A program made the translations under genes and the position numbers. The notes below the pieces were generated by a model, which did not search any database, had not been told where the DNA came from, and worked only from the letters and a program-made list of their open reading frames with translations. A stretch of DNA of 64,000 nt from a bacterium (lineage in GTDB: Bacteria > Zixibacteria > MSB-5A5 > WJJR01), in NCBI GenBank assembly GCA_021813505.1, contig JAKAKI010000034.1:10059-74058 (forward strand), given 5' to 3'. Shown piece after piece: positions 7,614-15,621 of the stretch; position 1 is the stretch's first letter, and every line of letters starts with the position of its first letter.

Positions 7614-10600
7614 GAAGATCCCCCCGAACTACCGCCACCGCCGGAAGGATCGAGCGGCTCGAGCCTTTCGGGATTCGGGTGATCCGGTAGCGTGCTGGGC
7701 CGCTCGGGCGCACCATCGGACATGATGGGCGTATGCAGCGGCCTTTGAAAATCGTCCATTCGTCGTGTGTACTCCGGTGAATCGCGCGTTTCGCCCGGCC
7801 CGGGCTGCGGCGCAGGACCGGCGGGAGTGCCATCATCGTGGTAGTGCGTCGTCCCGGGGACACGGCTTCGTGGTTCGAGGAAAGATTGCTCATTAGGAGT
7901 CATGCCTGTCCCACCCGGTCCGAGCGGCGTACTTTCCGGTGTCGCTCCCGAATCGAAACTGCTCCGATGAACATGTGGCGGGAATCCAGCCGGCCCCATC
8001 GATTCCGCGTGCCCCCATGGATCGACGCGAACTGCGTGAGTCGTCCCATCGGCATCCCGCATCATCCAGATGCCGCTAACCTCTTCTTGATTCCCCGTCC
8101 GAGGGCTTCGGTCTGTTCCGGGGGGACGCACTTCCACATACCCTGCCGCCCGGAGCATCTCGGTGATCTCGGCATAGGTTCGATAGGCCATCGACGGGAG
8201 TTCTTGCACCGGCATCCCCGGACGCACCTCCGGCTCCTCTTCGCTGGGATGCGGGGTCGTACTGGAGCAATCATCGCTGAGCCCGGATGGATCGATCTTG
8301 CGCCAGGGATTGGACGGGTACGCGTAGATGTTGATTCCGCCTTTGAGCAGAATCGGATCGGGCTCCAGAAACCGGGCTGTTGCCGGGTCGTAGTAGCGAA
8401 ACCCGTTGTATCGCCAGCCGGTTTCACGGTCATAATATTGCCCGGGAGATCGCAGGTTGAACTCGATGCCCTGGCTCTCATCCACAATCCCTTCGCCGTA
8501 TGGCTCAGGCTCCCAGGACCAAACACAGCGCCCATCGCGATTCGTGATCGCACGGGGCAGACCGATGTCATCGGAATGAATGTAGTAGGGAACAACAACG
8601 CCGTCGCCACCCACAGCTCCCGTTTGTTCAACAAACATGAACGGCGCATTCGCGCCGTCGAGATAGAGATAGATCCTACGGTGATTGTCGTCAGAGATCT
8701 CACGCAGCAGGCGGTGCTCGTCGTACTGGAACGTGACTCTCTTGCCGTCGCACTCCTTCCACTTCCTTCGTCCCAGCGCATCGTAGCCAAAGGTGACAAT
8801 ACGGCCCTGTTCTGTCCTGACCTTCAGGAGCCGGCCGTTTCCATCATAGGAGACTTCACGGACGCCCTGCGATGTTGCGATCTGCTTCGGACAACCCCTC
8901 GAATCATAGGTGTACGTGCGGTCGTCGACACGGTTCAGGCGATTCCCAATACCGAATTCCCACGCCTTCCCGGGATTGACCACGATGTTTTCCGCCGCAT
9001 CATAACGGAAGTCGGCACGACGGCTTTCCGAACTCTGGGCGCTGATGATGCGATCCAGATCGTCGTACCCATAGGAATTGTGCGAACTGCGAAGCCAGTC
9101 GGTCTCGCGCAGACGGTTGCCGTCGGCATCGCACTTGTACTGCCGGAGAACCAACCGCTTCTGACGGTTCTCCAGCCGCTCCACCCGGTGCCACTCCAGG
9201 ACGCCCTGTGGCGTCATCGACTTAACTTCCACCCACCCGTTGGGGAAAACGTGTGAGCGCAAGTCGCCCCCCGCACCGCTGATTTCATGCTTATCACCGA
9301 GCGGATCGATCAACTCGATCGTGGCGCCCGTCGCACTGTAGGCGAACTTCGCGCTGAAGCCCTCTGACCATTCAATCTTCTCGACGTTGCCGTTAGCGCT
9401 GCGATGAAATGCCACCGACCCTTCGCGACATTCGATCATTGCCGGCTTGCCGTGACGGTCGTACTTGGTCTTGATGTCATCGCCGTCGTTCGTGGCCTTG
9501 ACAACACGCCCACAGGCATCTGGCACGAACTCGGCGGTGCAGGCCCCCGCCGGCTCTTCTTTGATCTTGAACCTTCCCGGCCCGTATTCGCGACGGACAA
9601 GTATTGCCCCATCGCCGTCATACACCTCTTTGACATTCCAATCGGCGTCGAAAATACGGCGGGAAAAAGGCGTCTGATCGAGGGTGATCACCGCCGGCCG
9701 GTCTTTGTGATCCCGTTCAAATTCGGTCTGATGCCCTGCACCATCGACGACCTTCACCATCTCATCGGCTCGATTGAATGAATAGCGGATGGTCTGGCCG
9801 TTGGGAGCACGCGTGGCGACACACTTGTTCCACGATGAGTATTCGTAGCGCCGGGTGCGGCCCCGTGGATCGGTATCCGATGTGAGATTCCCCTCGGCGT
9901 CATACTGCCGCTTCGATTGCGATCCATCCGGGAAGGTGATCTCAAGGAGACGGCCCAAATCGTCGAAGCGATACCGCATCCGACGGTCCCCCTCCCGCCG
10001 TTCAATGATCCTCCCCCAATCGTCATAGCGGAAGGCGGTGAGAAGCGCACCGGGGTCATTGAAGATGGCGATGAGCCGGCCCCCGTCATCGTAGCGGAGA
10101 TTGGTCGCCTTGCCACTCGGATCGATCTTTCGGGAGAGACGATTTCGGGAATCGTATTCGTAGAGCGTCACATCGCCGGACGGGCTCATCTCGCCGTCCA
10201 GGTTCCCCCGATGATCGTAGGACCATTTCGTCGTGTTTCCGTCCGGGTCAGTCTCTTCGATCTTCAGGTTCAGGTCGTTGTAGGCGCGCTTGGTGGTTCC
10301 GCCAAAGGGGTTGGTCTCTTCAACGACATTCCCGAAATCATCATACTTGTACTTCCTGGTGCTCCCCGTCTCGTCGACTTCGGCGACTTTATTGCCGGCT
10401 TTGTCGTACTCGAAGACCTGGACCCCGCCATATGGATCCATGCGCGAGGTGATCAGTCCACGCTCGTCGTAACGATAGATAATCTTGCCGCCGGTGGGCG
10501 AATGCAGAATGGTAATGCTCGCCGGAGGCAGATACTCTACCGTACCGGCATACAGGTCATCGTCACCGCGCGACTTGATGCAGCGGCCGTCACGGTCATA

Positions 10601-12019
10601 GGCATAATGGAACGAGTATCCGTTGCGGTCGGTCTTGCGCGTCATTTGGTGCTTGTCATCGTAGGTGTACTTGTACCGCCTGCCCACCGCATCAATGACC
10701 GCCACCATGTCGCCGTGGTCGTCGTATTCGTAGGCCACCAGCGGCCGGAGCTTGCCGTCACTGCAGGCCAGCGCGAGGCGGGTGATGCGGCCGTCGGTGT
10801 GCGACTCGACTTTGATTCTCTGCCCGGTGGAATGTACGATCTCGTGCAGCCGTCCTTTGGGGTCGTAGCGGAATCCGATCGCCTCACCGGCGCGGTTCGA
10901 GAGGCGTGCGATCCACGCCTGGTCTGATTTCGGTAGTCGCACGAACTGCGCGGTCATACCGTCGATCCCGCTTACGGTGAATTGAGTCGCGGACTGTCTC
11001 GTCAGCGTGAGTTTTTCGAACGGCAGAAATTCAGACCCGCCATCCTTCTCGATGACCGGGAAGACAATCGACCGATTCTGTTCGTTGTGATAGACGATTG
11101 TCGCATGATGGAATTCCAGCCAGCGCTGATACTGGTGGCTCCAGTTCCAACCCAGCGGACCATCCGTCCCCAGAGTGTTGGCATAATACCGCTTCCAGGA
11201 AAGCTGAAGAGGCCCACCGATTTCGAAATCTGTCTTGTCCTCGAAGTTCGAGCCGGAGACGAGATCAATTGGCTCGAGTCCCAGCCGGCAGCGATTGCGG
11301 TCAATGAACCTGCCGGCCGCCTTCGATCCGGCATAGCCGGCGGCTGCCGTGATCGCGTTGGTGACGAATGCCTCGACCAGTTGCGCAAAGGTCATCCCAA
11401 CCTGGACGTGTGAAAACGCGATCACTGTGGCATTGGGAACGATCGGAATCTCGGAGCAGGACGCGCCTCCCAGGGGAACTCCCAAGGCCATTGATCCGCC
11501 ATTGACCGACACGGTCGGCGAGCCGATGGCGGTGTTCCCTTCGGCGCCAGGCAAAGGGATCGGCGGAATAAGCATCTGCGCCCATGTCTGCCACATCGTG
11601 AACGGCTGGAAGGCACCGGTGATGCCATCCCACACCGCTTTCGAGGACGAGACCTGGGGATCGGTTAACGACGATGCGATTCCTTTGACCACACCGATCA
11701 TGATATTGGCTGCGAGAGTGAAGAGGGTCACGAAGCCGACGGTGATGAGATTAGTGATGTACCAGACTTTGAAGGTGACCTTCGGAATATCGACCCACGT
11801 TCCCTGGGGAATGTGGATCGAGTACCCTTTGGCGCCGGAGCAGCACGCGGGACTGCCGTTGATCATCACATTGGACATCGGGAACTTCGGCGACGTCCAG
11901 AGCATGAGCACGCCGACAAACGGATGCGGATTGAGTGGAACGGGCGGAATCGCGGTCGAATGCGCATCAATCCCGATCAGCATCGTGTTGCCGGTCGTGC
12001 ATGCTGGGAAAAGCGGCAT
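7610..12019 (-). CDS. rhs: T6SS effector: N-terminal PAAR-like (DUF4150) domain, TM helices, Rhs/YD-repeat cage and a C-terminal variable region
   Basis: There are many YD repeats (RYDDGGRL, YDAEGNL, YEYDxxxR...). The Rhs core ends with GQYYDRETGWRYNGFRYYDPATARFLEPDPI...NIYAYPSNPWRKIDPSGL. The N-terminus MLIGIDAHSTAIPPVPL...VMINGSPACCSG is PAAR-like, followed by hydrophobic helices. The gene lies immediately downstream of vgrG and DUF2169. Confidence 0.9.
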   Translation of the reverse strand: MPLFPACTTGNTMLIGIDAHSTAIPPVPLNPHPFVGVLMLWTSPKFPMSNVMINGSPACCSGAKGYSIHIPQGTWVDIPKVTFKVWYITNLITVGFVTLFTLAANIMIGVVKGIASSLTDPQVSSSKAVWDGITGAFQPFTMWQTWAQMLIPPIPLPGAEGNTAIGSPTVSVNGGSMALGVPLGGASCSEIPIVPNATVIAFSHVQVGMTFAQLVEAFVTNAITAAAGYAGSKAAGRFIDRNRCRLGLEPIDLVSGSNFEDKTDFEIGGPLQLSWKRYYANTLGTDGPLGWNWSHQYQRWLEFHHATIVYHNEQNRSIVFPVIEKDGGSEFLPFEKLTLTRQSATQFTVSGIDGMTAQFVRLPKSDQAWIARLSNRAGEAIGFRYDPKGRLHEIVHSTGQRIKVESHTDGRITRLALACSDGKLRPLVAYEYDDHGDMVAVIDAVGRRYKYTYDDKHQMTRKTDRNGYSFHYAYDRDGRCIKSRGDDDLYAGTVEYLPPASITILHSPTGGKIIYRYDERGLITSRMDPYGGVQVFEYDKAGNKVAEVDETGSTRKYKYDDFGNVVEETNPFGGTTKRAYNDLNLKIEETDPDGNTTKWSYDHRGNLDGEMSPSGDVTLYEYDSRNRLSRKIDPSGKATNLRYDDGGRLIAIFNDPGALLTAFRYDDWGRIIERREGDRRMRYRFDDLGRLLEITFPDGSQSKRQYDAEGNLTSDTDPRGRTRRYEYSSWNKCVATRAPNGQTIRYSFNRADEMVKVVDGAGHQTEFERDHKDRPAVITLDQTPFSRRIFDADWNVKEVYDGDGAILVRREYGPGRFKIKEEPAGACTAEFVPDACGRVVKATNDGDDIKTKYDRHGKPAMIECREGSVAFHRSANGNVEKIEWSEGFSAKFAYSATGATIELIDPLGDKHEISGAGGDLRSHVFPNGWVEVKSMTPQGVLEWHRVERLENRQKRLVLRQYKCDADGNRLRETDWLRSSHNSYGYDDLDRIISAQSSESRRADFRYDAAENIVVNPGKAWEFGIGNRLNRVDDRTYTYDSRGCPKQIATSQGVREVSYDGNGRLLKVRTEQGRIVTFGYDALGRRKWKECDGKRVTFQYDEHRLLREISDDNHRRIYLYLDGANAPFMFVEQTGAVGGDGVVVPYYIHSDDIGLPRAITNRDGRCVWSWEPEPYGEGIVDESQGIEFNLRSPGQYYDRETGWRYNGFRYYDPATARFLEPDPILLKGGINIYAYPSNPWRKIDPSGLSDDCSSTTPHPSEEEPEVRPGMPVQELPSMAYRTYAEITEMLRAAGYVEVRPPGTDRSPRTGNQEEVSGIWMMRDADGTTHAVRVDPWGHAESMGPAGFPPHVHRSSFDSGATPESTPLGPGGTGMTPNEQSFLEPRSRVPGTTHYHDDGTPAGPAPQPGPGETRDSPEYTRRMDDFQRPLHTPIMSDGAPERPSTLPDHPNPERLEPLDPSGGGGSSGGSS

Positions 12020-12022
12020 AAC

Positions 12023-13135
12023 TCAGGCATCCCCGACGATGACGTCCATGCGGGTCATATCCACGAAATCGGGACGGCCATCGTAGATTACGGCCCCGCG
12101 CCACACCAAATCGACAACCATCTGTTCGCCGAAGATCGCCACCGTATGGAGAACCACCGGCGGCTTTTCGGGTCCCTTGCCCCAGTCGATGGAAATGACG
12201 GGCGTCATTCCCGGGAGATTAAACGACAGTTCTCCCGACGGTTCGAGATTGCGCAACTGGATTGGCTCGTCGCCTTTGAGGTACGGGACTGCCAGACCTA
12301 CAGAGGCTCCGTTGAAGAGCCGAAAATCCAGCATCGGCAATTTCAATTTCTTCTGCGCTTCGACTTGGTCCTTCTGAACAACACCCAATGTCATCTCGTG
12401 CAGCTCTTCGTACATCGGCATGTACGCCGGCAGCACTCCAGCGAAACTCGCGCGTGGGTACCAGCCAAGCCCGAACCAGCTCAGCCCGGCGGGCATCGGT
12501 TGCTTGTGCCACTTCTCGATCGACCCGGTTATCAGACGCTGAGGAGTCAGCAGGTCCTGCGGGTCCTCGAAATTGGGAAGTGCCAGACCATCGACGGCTT
12601 CTTTGGTGTTCCTCACCACAAAGCCCGTCCCGATGAAGTTCCGGGCATACGCCATCGGCACTTTGGGATCGGCGTGAATGTCCACGCCGCCATAGGCGCG
12701 TTCATAGCGCAGATCGATGGATTGAAAGGGCGCGGGATTGGTGAAGATCGGTATGCCGGCACTGTTGAATGCACAGCGCCGTTCGCCGAACGCCGCGATT
12801 GTCTTCTGATGATTGCCGACTCGCAGCGACGCGATACACTGTGTGGCGGGTTTGCCCGCGGGAGCGTACACCTTGCCGGTAAACACGACATCGGTGAGTG
12901 GCTTATACGGGTACAAATCGGTTTCGATCTCAATTGAACCGATCATGGGATCGTTCTTCTCGTAGTAGCGCGTGGCCTGGGTCAACGGCGATTGCTCTGG
13001 CACCGGCTTGCAGACCGCCTTGGGTTCAATCTTGAATCGGCGTTTGGCGAGAACGGAGAAGATCGTCTTGCCATCCGGGTCAGAGCCGGGGAGCATCACG
13101 AATGCGTAGATATCGTCAGGTTTGCTTGCCGCCAT
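12023..13135 (-). CDS. DUF2169-family T6SS effector adaptor/chaperone
   Basis: A ~370-aa protein between vgrG and a PAAR-like effector, the position occupied by DUF2169 adaptors such as Atu3641 in the Agrobacterium vgrG2-tde2 module. The sequence is ...YERAYGGVD.../...LSWFGLGWYPRASF.... Confidence 0.75.
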   Translation of the reverse strand: MAASKPDDIYAFVMLPGSDPDGKTIFSVLAKRRFKIEPKAVCKPVPEQSPLTQATRYYEKNDPMIGSIEIETDLYPYKPLTDVVFTGKVYAPAGKPATQCIASLRVGNHQKTIAAFGERRCAFNSAGIPIFTNPAPFQSIDLRYERAYGGVDIHADPKVPMAYARNFIGTGFVVRNTKEAVDGLALPNFEDPQDLLTPQRLITGSIEKWHKQPMPAGLSWFGLGWYPRASFAGVLPAYMPMYEELHEMTLGVVQKDQVEAQKKLKLPMLDFRLFNGASVGLAVPYLKGDEPIQLRNLEPSGELSFNLPGMTPVISIDWGKGPEKPPVVLHTVAIFGEQMVVDLVWRGAVIYDGRPDFVDMTRMDVIVGDA

Positions 13136-13167
13136 TTGGCTGATCCTCTGCTGGTGAAGACTGCCGA

Positions 13168-15339
13168 TTATGGATTCAGCAGAATCATCCCGCCTTTAAT
13201 TGTGTTGGAGGCCTGCGCGGTTGATGAGACCATGGCACCCGAGGTATCGTTGGCGGTGGTGGCCTTCGACTGAATAGTCTGACCCTCGATCTTTACACCT
13301 GCGGTACTGATCGTGATCGTGCCCCCGGCGCCCTTGATCTCAACCGTTCCGTCGAGCTTCATAGTGAGTTCGCTGCCACCGCATTTGACGTGAAACTTGT
13401 CGGATTGAACCGTGATATCGTAGGGGCCCTTGATATTGTCCGTCTTGGTTCCCGTCAGCACGTTGAGCGCTTCATTCCCGGTGTTGACGTTGACGGTACG
13501 GTTGCCCGTGAGAATGTTGAGTTCGTCGTTACCGGTGTTGACGTTCACGGTCCGGTTGCCTGTCAGGACATTGTGCTCGTCATTGCCGGTGTTGACGTTG
13601 ATAGTGCGATTCCCGGTGTGAACCGTGACCTTCTCGTTTCCATCCTGGATGTCCTCGGTACGATCTCCCTTGATCGTAATTGTCTCTTTGCCGTTGACCG
13701 TTTCCGTGCGGTCGTTGGTCACCGTGGTCGTTTCGTCATGTGTAACCGTCTTGGTGCGGTCGTGGCCGATCGAGAGCGACTCGTCGTGGCCCGTGGATTG
13801 GTTCTTGTCGTTGACGGTTGTGATCGTCAGGTTCTTCTGGGCATGCTGGTAGATCTCCTCGGAACCTTTCTTGTCCTCGAATCGGTATTCGTTGAAACCA
13901 CCGTGGCCCTTGGTGGAATCCGACTTGATCGTGCTCTTGGTCTTTTCCTGATCCAGCGGGTAGGGCGGCATGTTGTCGCCATTGTAGATGCGCCCGACGA
14001 TGATCGGCCGGTCGGGATCCCCTTCGAGAAAATCTACGATGACTTCGTGGCCGATCCGAGGAATCCACATCGCTCCCCAACTGGCACCCGCCCAGAGCTG
14101 GGAAACACGAATCCAGCAGGATGATTTTTCATTGCGCTGTCCTTCGCGATCCCACGGGAACTGCACTTTGACGCGGCCGTATTTGTCGACGTAAATCTCC
14201 TCACCGGACGGCCCGGTCACGACAGCGGTCTGTGTACCCTCAACCACCGGCTTGGTCGTCTTTCGCACAGGACGGTATGGCGTGTTCGAGGGAATGCACT
14301 GGAAACGATTGTCATAGGTGAACCGGCCGCTGGCATCATCCTGCCCCAGTGGCTGGGTGCCGACATGCCGCACCGAGATCAGCAGATATTCCTGGTTGAA
14401 CGAATTGCGCGTGTAGTCGGCGAGCGTGAATTTGTACCCCGGCACGAGCCGGCGGCAAACGCTCTGCCCTTCACCCAGCAGCCGTTTTGCCTGGGATGAT
14501 TCCAGACGTATCCGGGTGAGCTCGGCGCCGGTCCCCTCGTCCATGTAGAGTCCGGGAAACTCGTAGACTTCGAGTGCGGGATCGCGGTCCGCCGCCTGGT
14601 TCTTGGTCAGGTCGAGTGTCGGCCGCTCGAAGTTGTAGTCGCGCAGGACGGACGTGCCGGACTTGATCTGCTGCGAATAGCGGAAGTCGTAGATAAATTC
14701 CTCGGCTTCGACCGCTCCCGACGGATCGCGGAAGACGACATCACTGGCGCCGTCGATGGGGACATAGACATCGCTCGAATCGGCCATCACCAGGACTTCT
14801 TTGCCTTCCTGATGTTCGAAGAAGTAGAAGATCCCCTCCTCTTCGAGAAGCCGGGAGATGAAGTTCCAGTCACTCTCGCGGTACTGCACACAGTAATCGC
14901 GCTTCACATAGTTTGTCCGCTGCAGGGCAAACCGGAAATAGTCGGATTGGATTTCTGCGTCGGTCAGTACCTGTTCGACGATCTCCTTGACAGTCTTTTC
15001 CTGAAAGATCCGGCTCTTGGAGCGCTGGGTGAGCAGCCACACCCGGGGCACGAATTCGGCGTAATACGGAGTGAACGTCTCACCGGCGACCCCTTGCTCG
15101 AACCGGCTGACAATGCCGTAGATGGATCGCGTACCGTCCTCGTAGTTGATGTCCAGTTGTGCGGGGATTCCGACGATGGCATCCAGATCGATTTCGCCAT
15201 CACGCGCCGCGAGCTCGATTTTGAAACTGAACAGCTCGCTCATCCCTTCCGTGCCGTTGACACGCAGGACGCGCAACTCATCGGAATAACCGTCGGACTC
15301 GAACGTGAAGATCGATTCATCGGAAAGCAGGCTAGGCAT
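13168..15339 (-). CDS. vgrG: T6SS spike protein VgrG (TssI)
   Basis: The N-terminal gp27-like region is followed by a gp5-like region (...VSQLWAGASWGAMWIPRIGHEVIVDFLEGDPDRPIIVGRIYNGDNMPPY...). The C-terminal beta-helix has tandem TGNRTVNVNTGNDExNxL repeats. There is no C-terminal effector extension. Confidence 0.95.
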   Translation of the reverse strand: MPSLLSDESIFTFESDGYSDELRVLRVNGTEGMSELFSFKIELAARDGEIDLDAIVGIPAQLDINYEDGTRSIYGIVSRFEQGVAGETFTPYYAEFVPRVWLLTQRSKSRIFQEKTVKEIVEQVLTDAEIQSDYFRFALQRTNYVKRDYCVQYRESDWNFISRLLEEEGIFYFFEHQEGKEVLVMADSSDVYVPIDGASDVVFRDPSGAVEAEEFIYDFRYSQQIKSGTSVLRDYNFERPTLDLTKNQAADRDPALEVYEFPGLYMDEGTGAELTRIRLESSQAKRLLGEGQSVCRRLVPGYKFTLADYTRNSFNQEYLLISVRHVGTQPLGQDDASGRFTYDNRFQCIPSNTPYRPVRKTTKPVVEGTQTAVVTGPSGEEIYVDKYGRVKVQFPWDREGQRNEKSSCWIRVSQLWAGASWGAMWIPRIGHEVIVDFLEGDPDRPIIVGRIYNGDNMPPYPLDQEKTKSTIKSDSTKGHGGFNEYRFEDKKGSEEIYQHAQKNLTITTVNDKNQSTGHDESLSIGHDRTKTVTHDETTTVTNDRTETVNGKETITIKGDRTEDIQDGNEKVTVHTGNRTINVNTGNDEHNVLTGNRTVNVNTGNDELNILTGNRTVNVNTGNEALNVLTGTKTDNIKGPYDITVQSDKFHVKCGGSELTMKLDGTVEIKGAGGTITISTAGVKIEGQTIQSKATTANDTSGAMVSSTAQASNTIKGGMILLNP
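13447..13608 (-). repeat. In-frame 3 x 54-nt tandem repeat encoding the VgrG beta-helix (TGNRTxNVNTGNDExNxL x3)
   Basis: Three consecutive 54-nt units share ...ggtgttgacgtt.... This is a coding repeat, not a CRISPR array. Confidence 0.7.
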
Positions 15340-15621
15340 TTCACACCTCGTGGGCGGGATTCACTTCGTGACCCAGTAGACCTCTTACGGCTTCACGCAG
15401 GTTCATGGCGATCATCAACAGGTCTCAGTTTCATGCCACGTCATCGCGTGAATCTTTGGTTCGTGCCGCGCGCATTTGCTTCGGTGATCACCGGTTTGGA
15501 TTTCTCCACGGCGGCCCATCGGCACGTTCAAACGGCTTCCTCCAGCAATATCTTCCTGGTTTGCGGCGCGGAAGCCAATCGCCGTAACGGTGATTTCACC
15601 GCAGACTTCATACGATCCTGG

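Noticed and set aside
7613-8278. Assigning the Rhs C-terminal region to a specific HNH/EndoVII toxin family (GH-E/GHH/WHH) on the basis of the WGHAE and HVH motifs
   Set aside because: Short motifs only. The surrounding sequence is low-complexity. The call cannot be made without a profile search.
7838-9256. Long plus-strand ORFs antisense to the Rhs gene. The same applies to 9917-10927, 11349-12086, 11813-12937, 14812-17211, 28946-30328 and 51584-52834, which are antisense to vgrG/clpV/tssM/DUF4175.
   Set aside because: They lie entirely inside well-supported minus-strand genes. Their Arg/Gly/Pro/Ala-rich low-complexity translations are typical of spurious open frames in high-GC DNA. No motifs were recognised.
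13447-13608. Regular 54-nt tandem repeats (CRISPR-like periodicity)
   Set aside because: The repeats are in frame within vgrG and encode the gp5-like beta-helix (TGNRTVNVNTGNDExNxL). There are no spacers and no cas genes.
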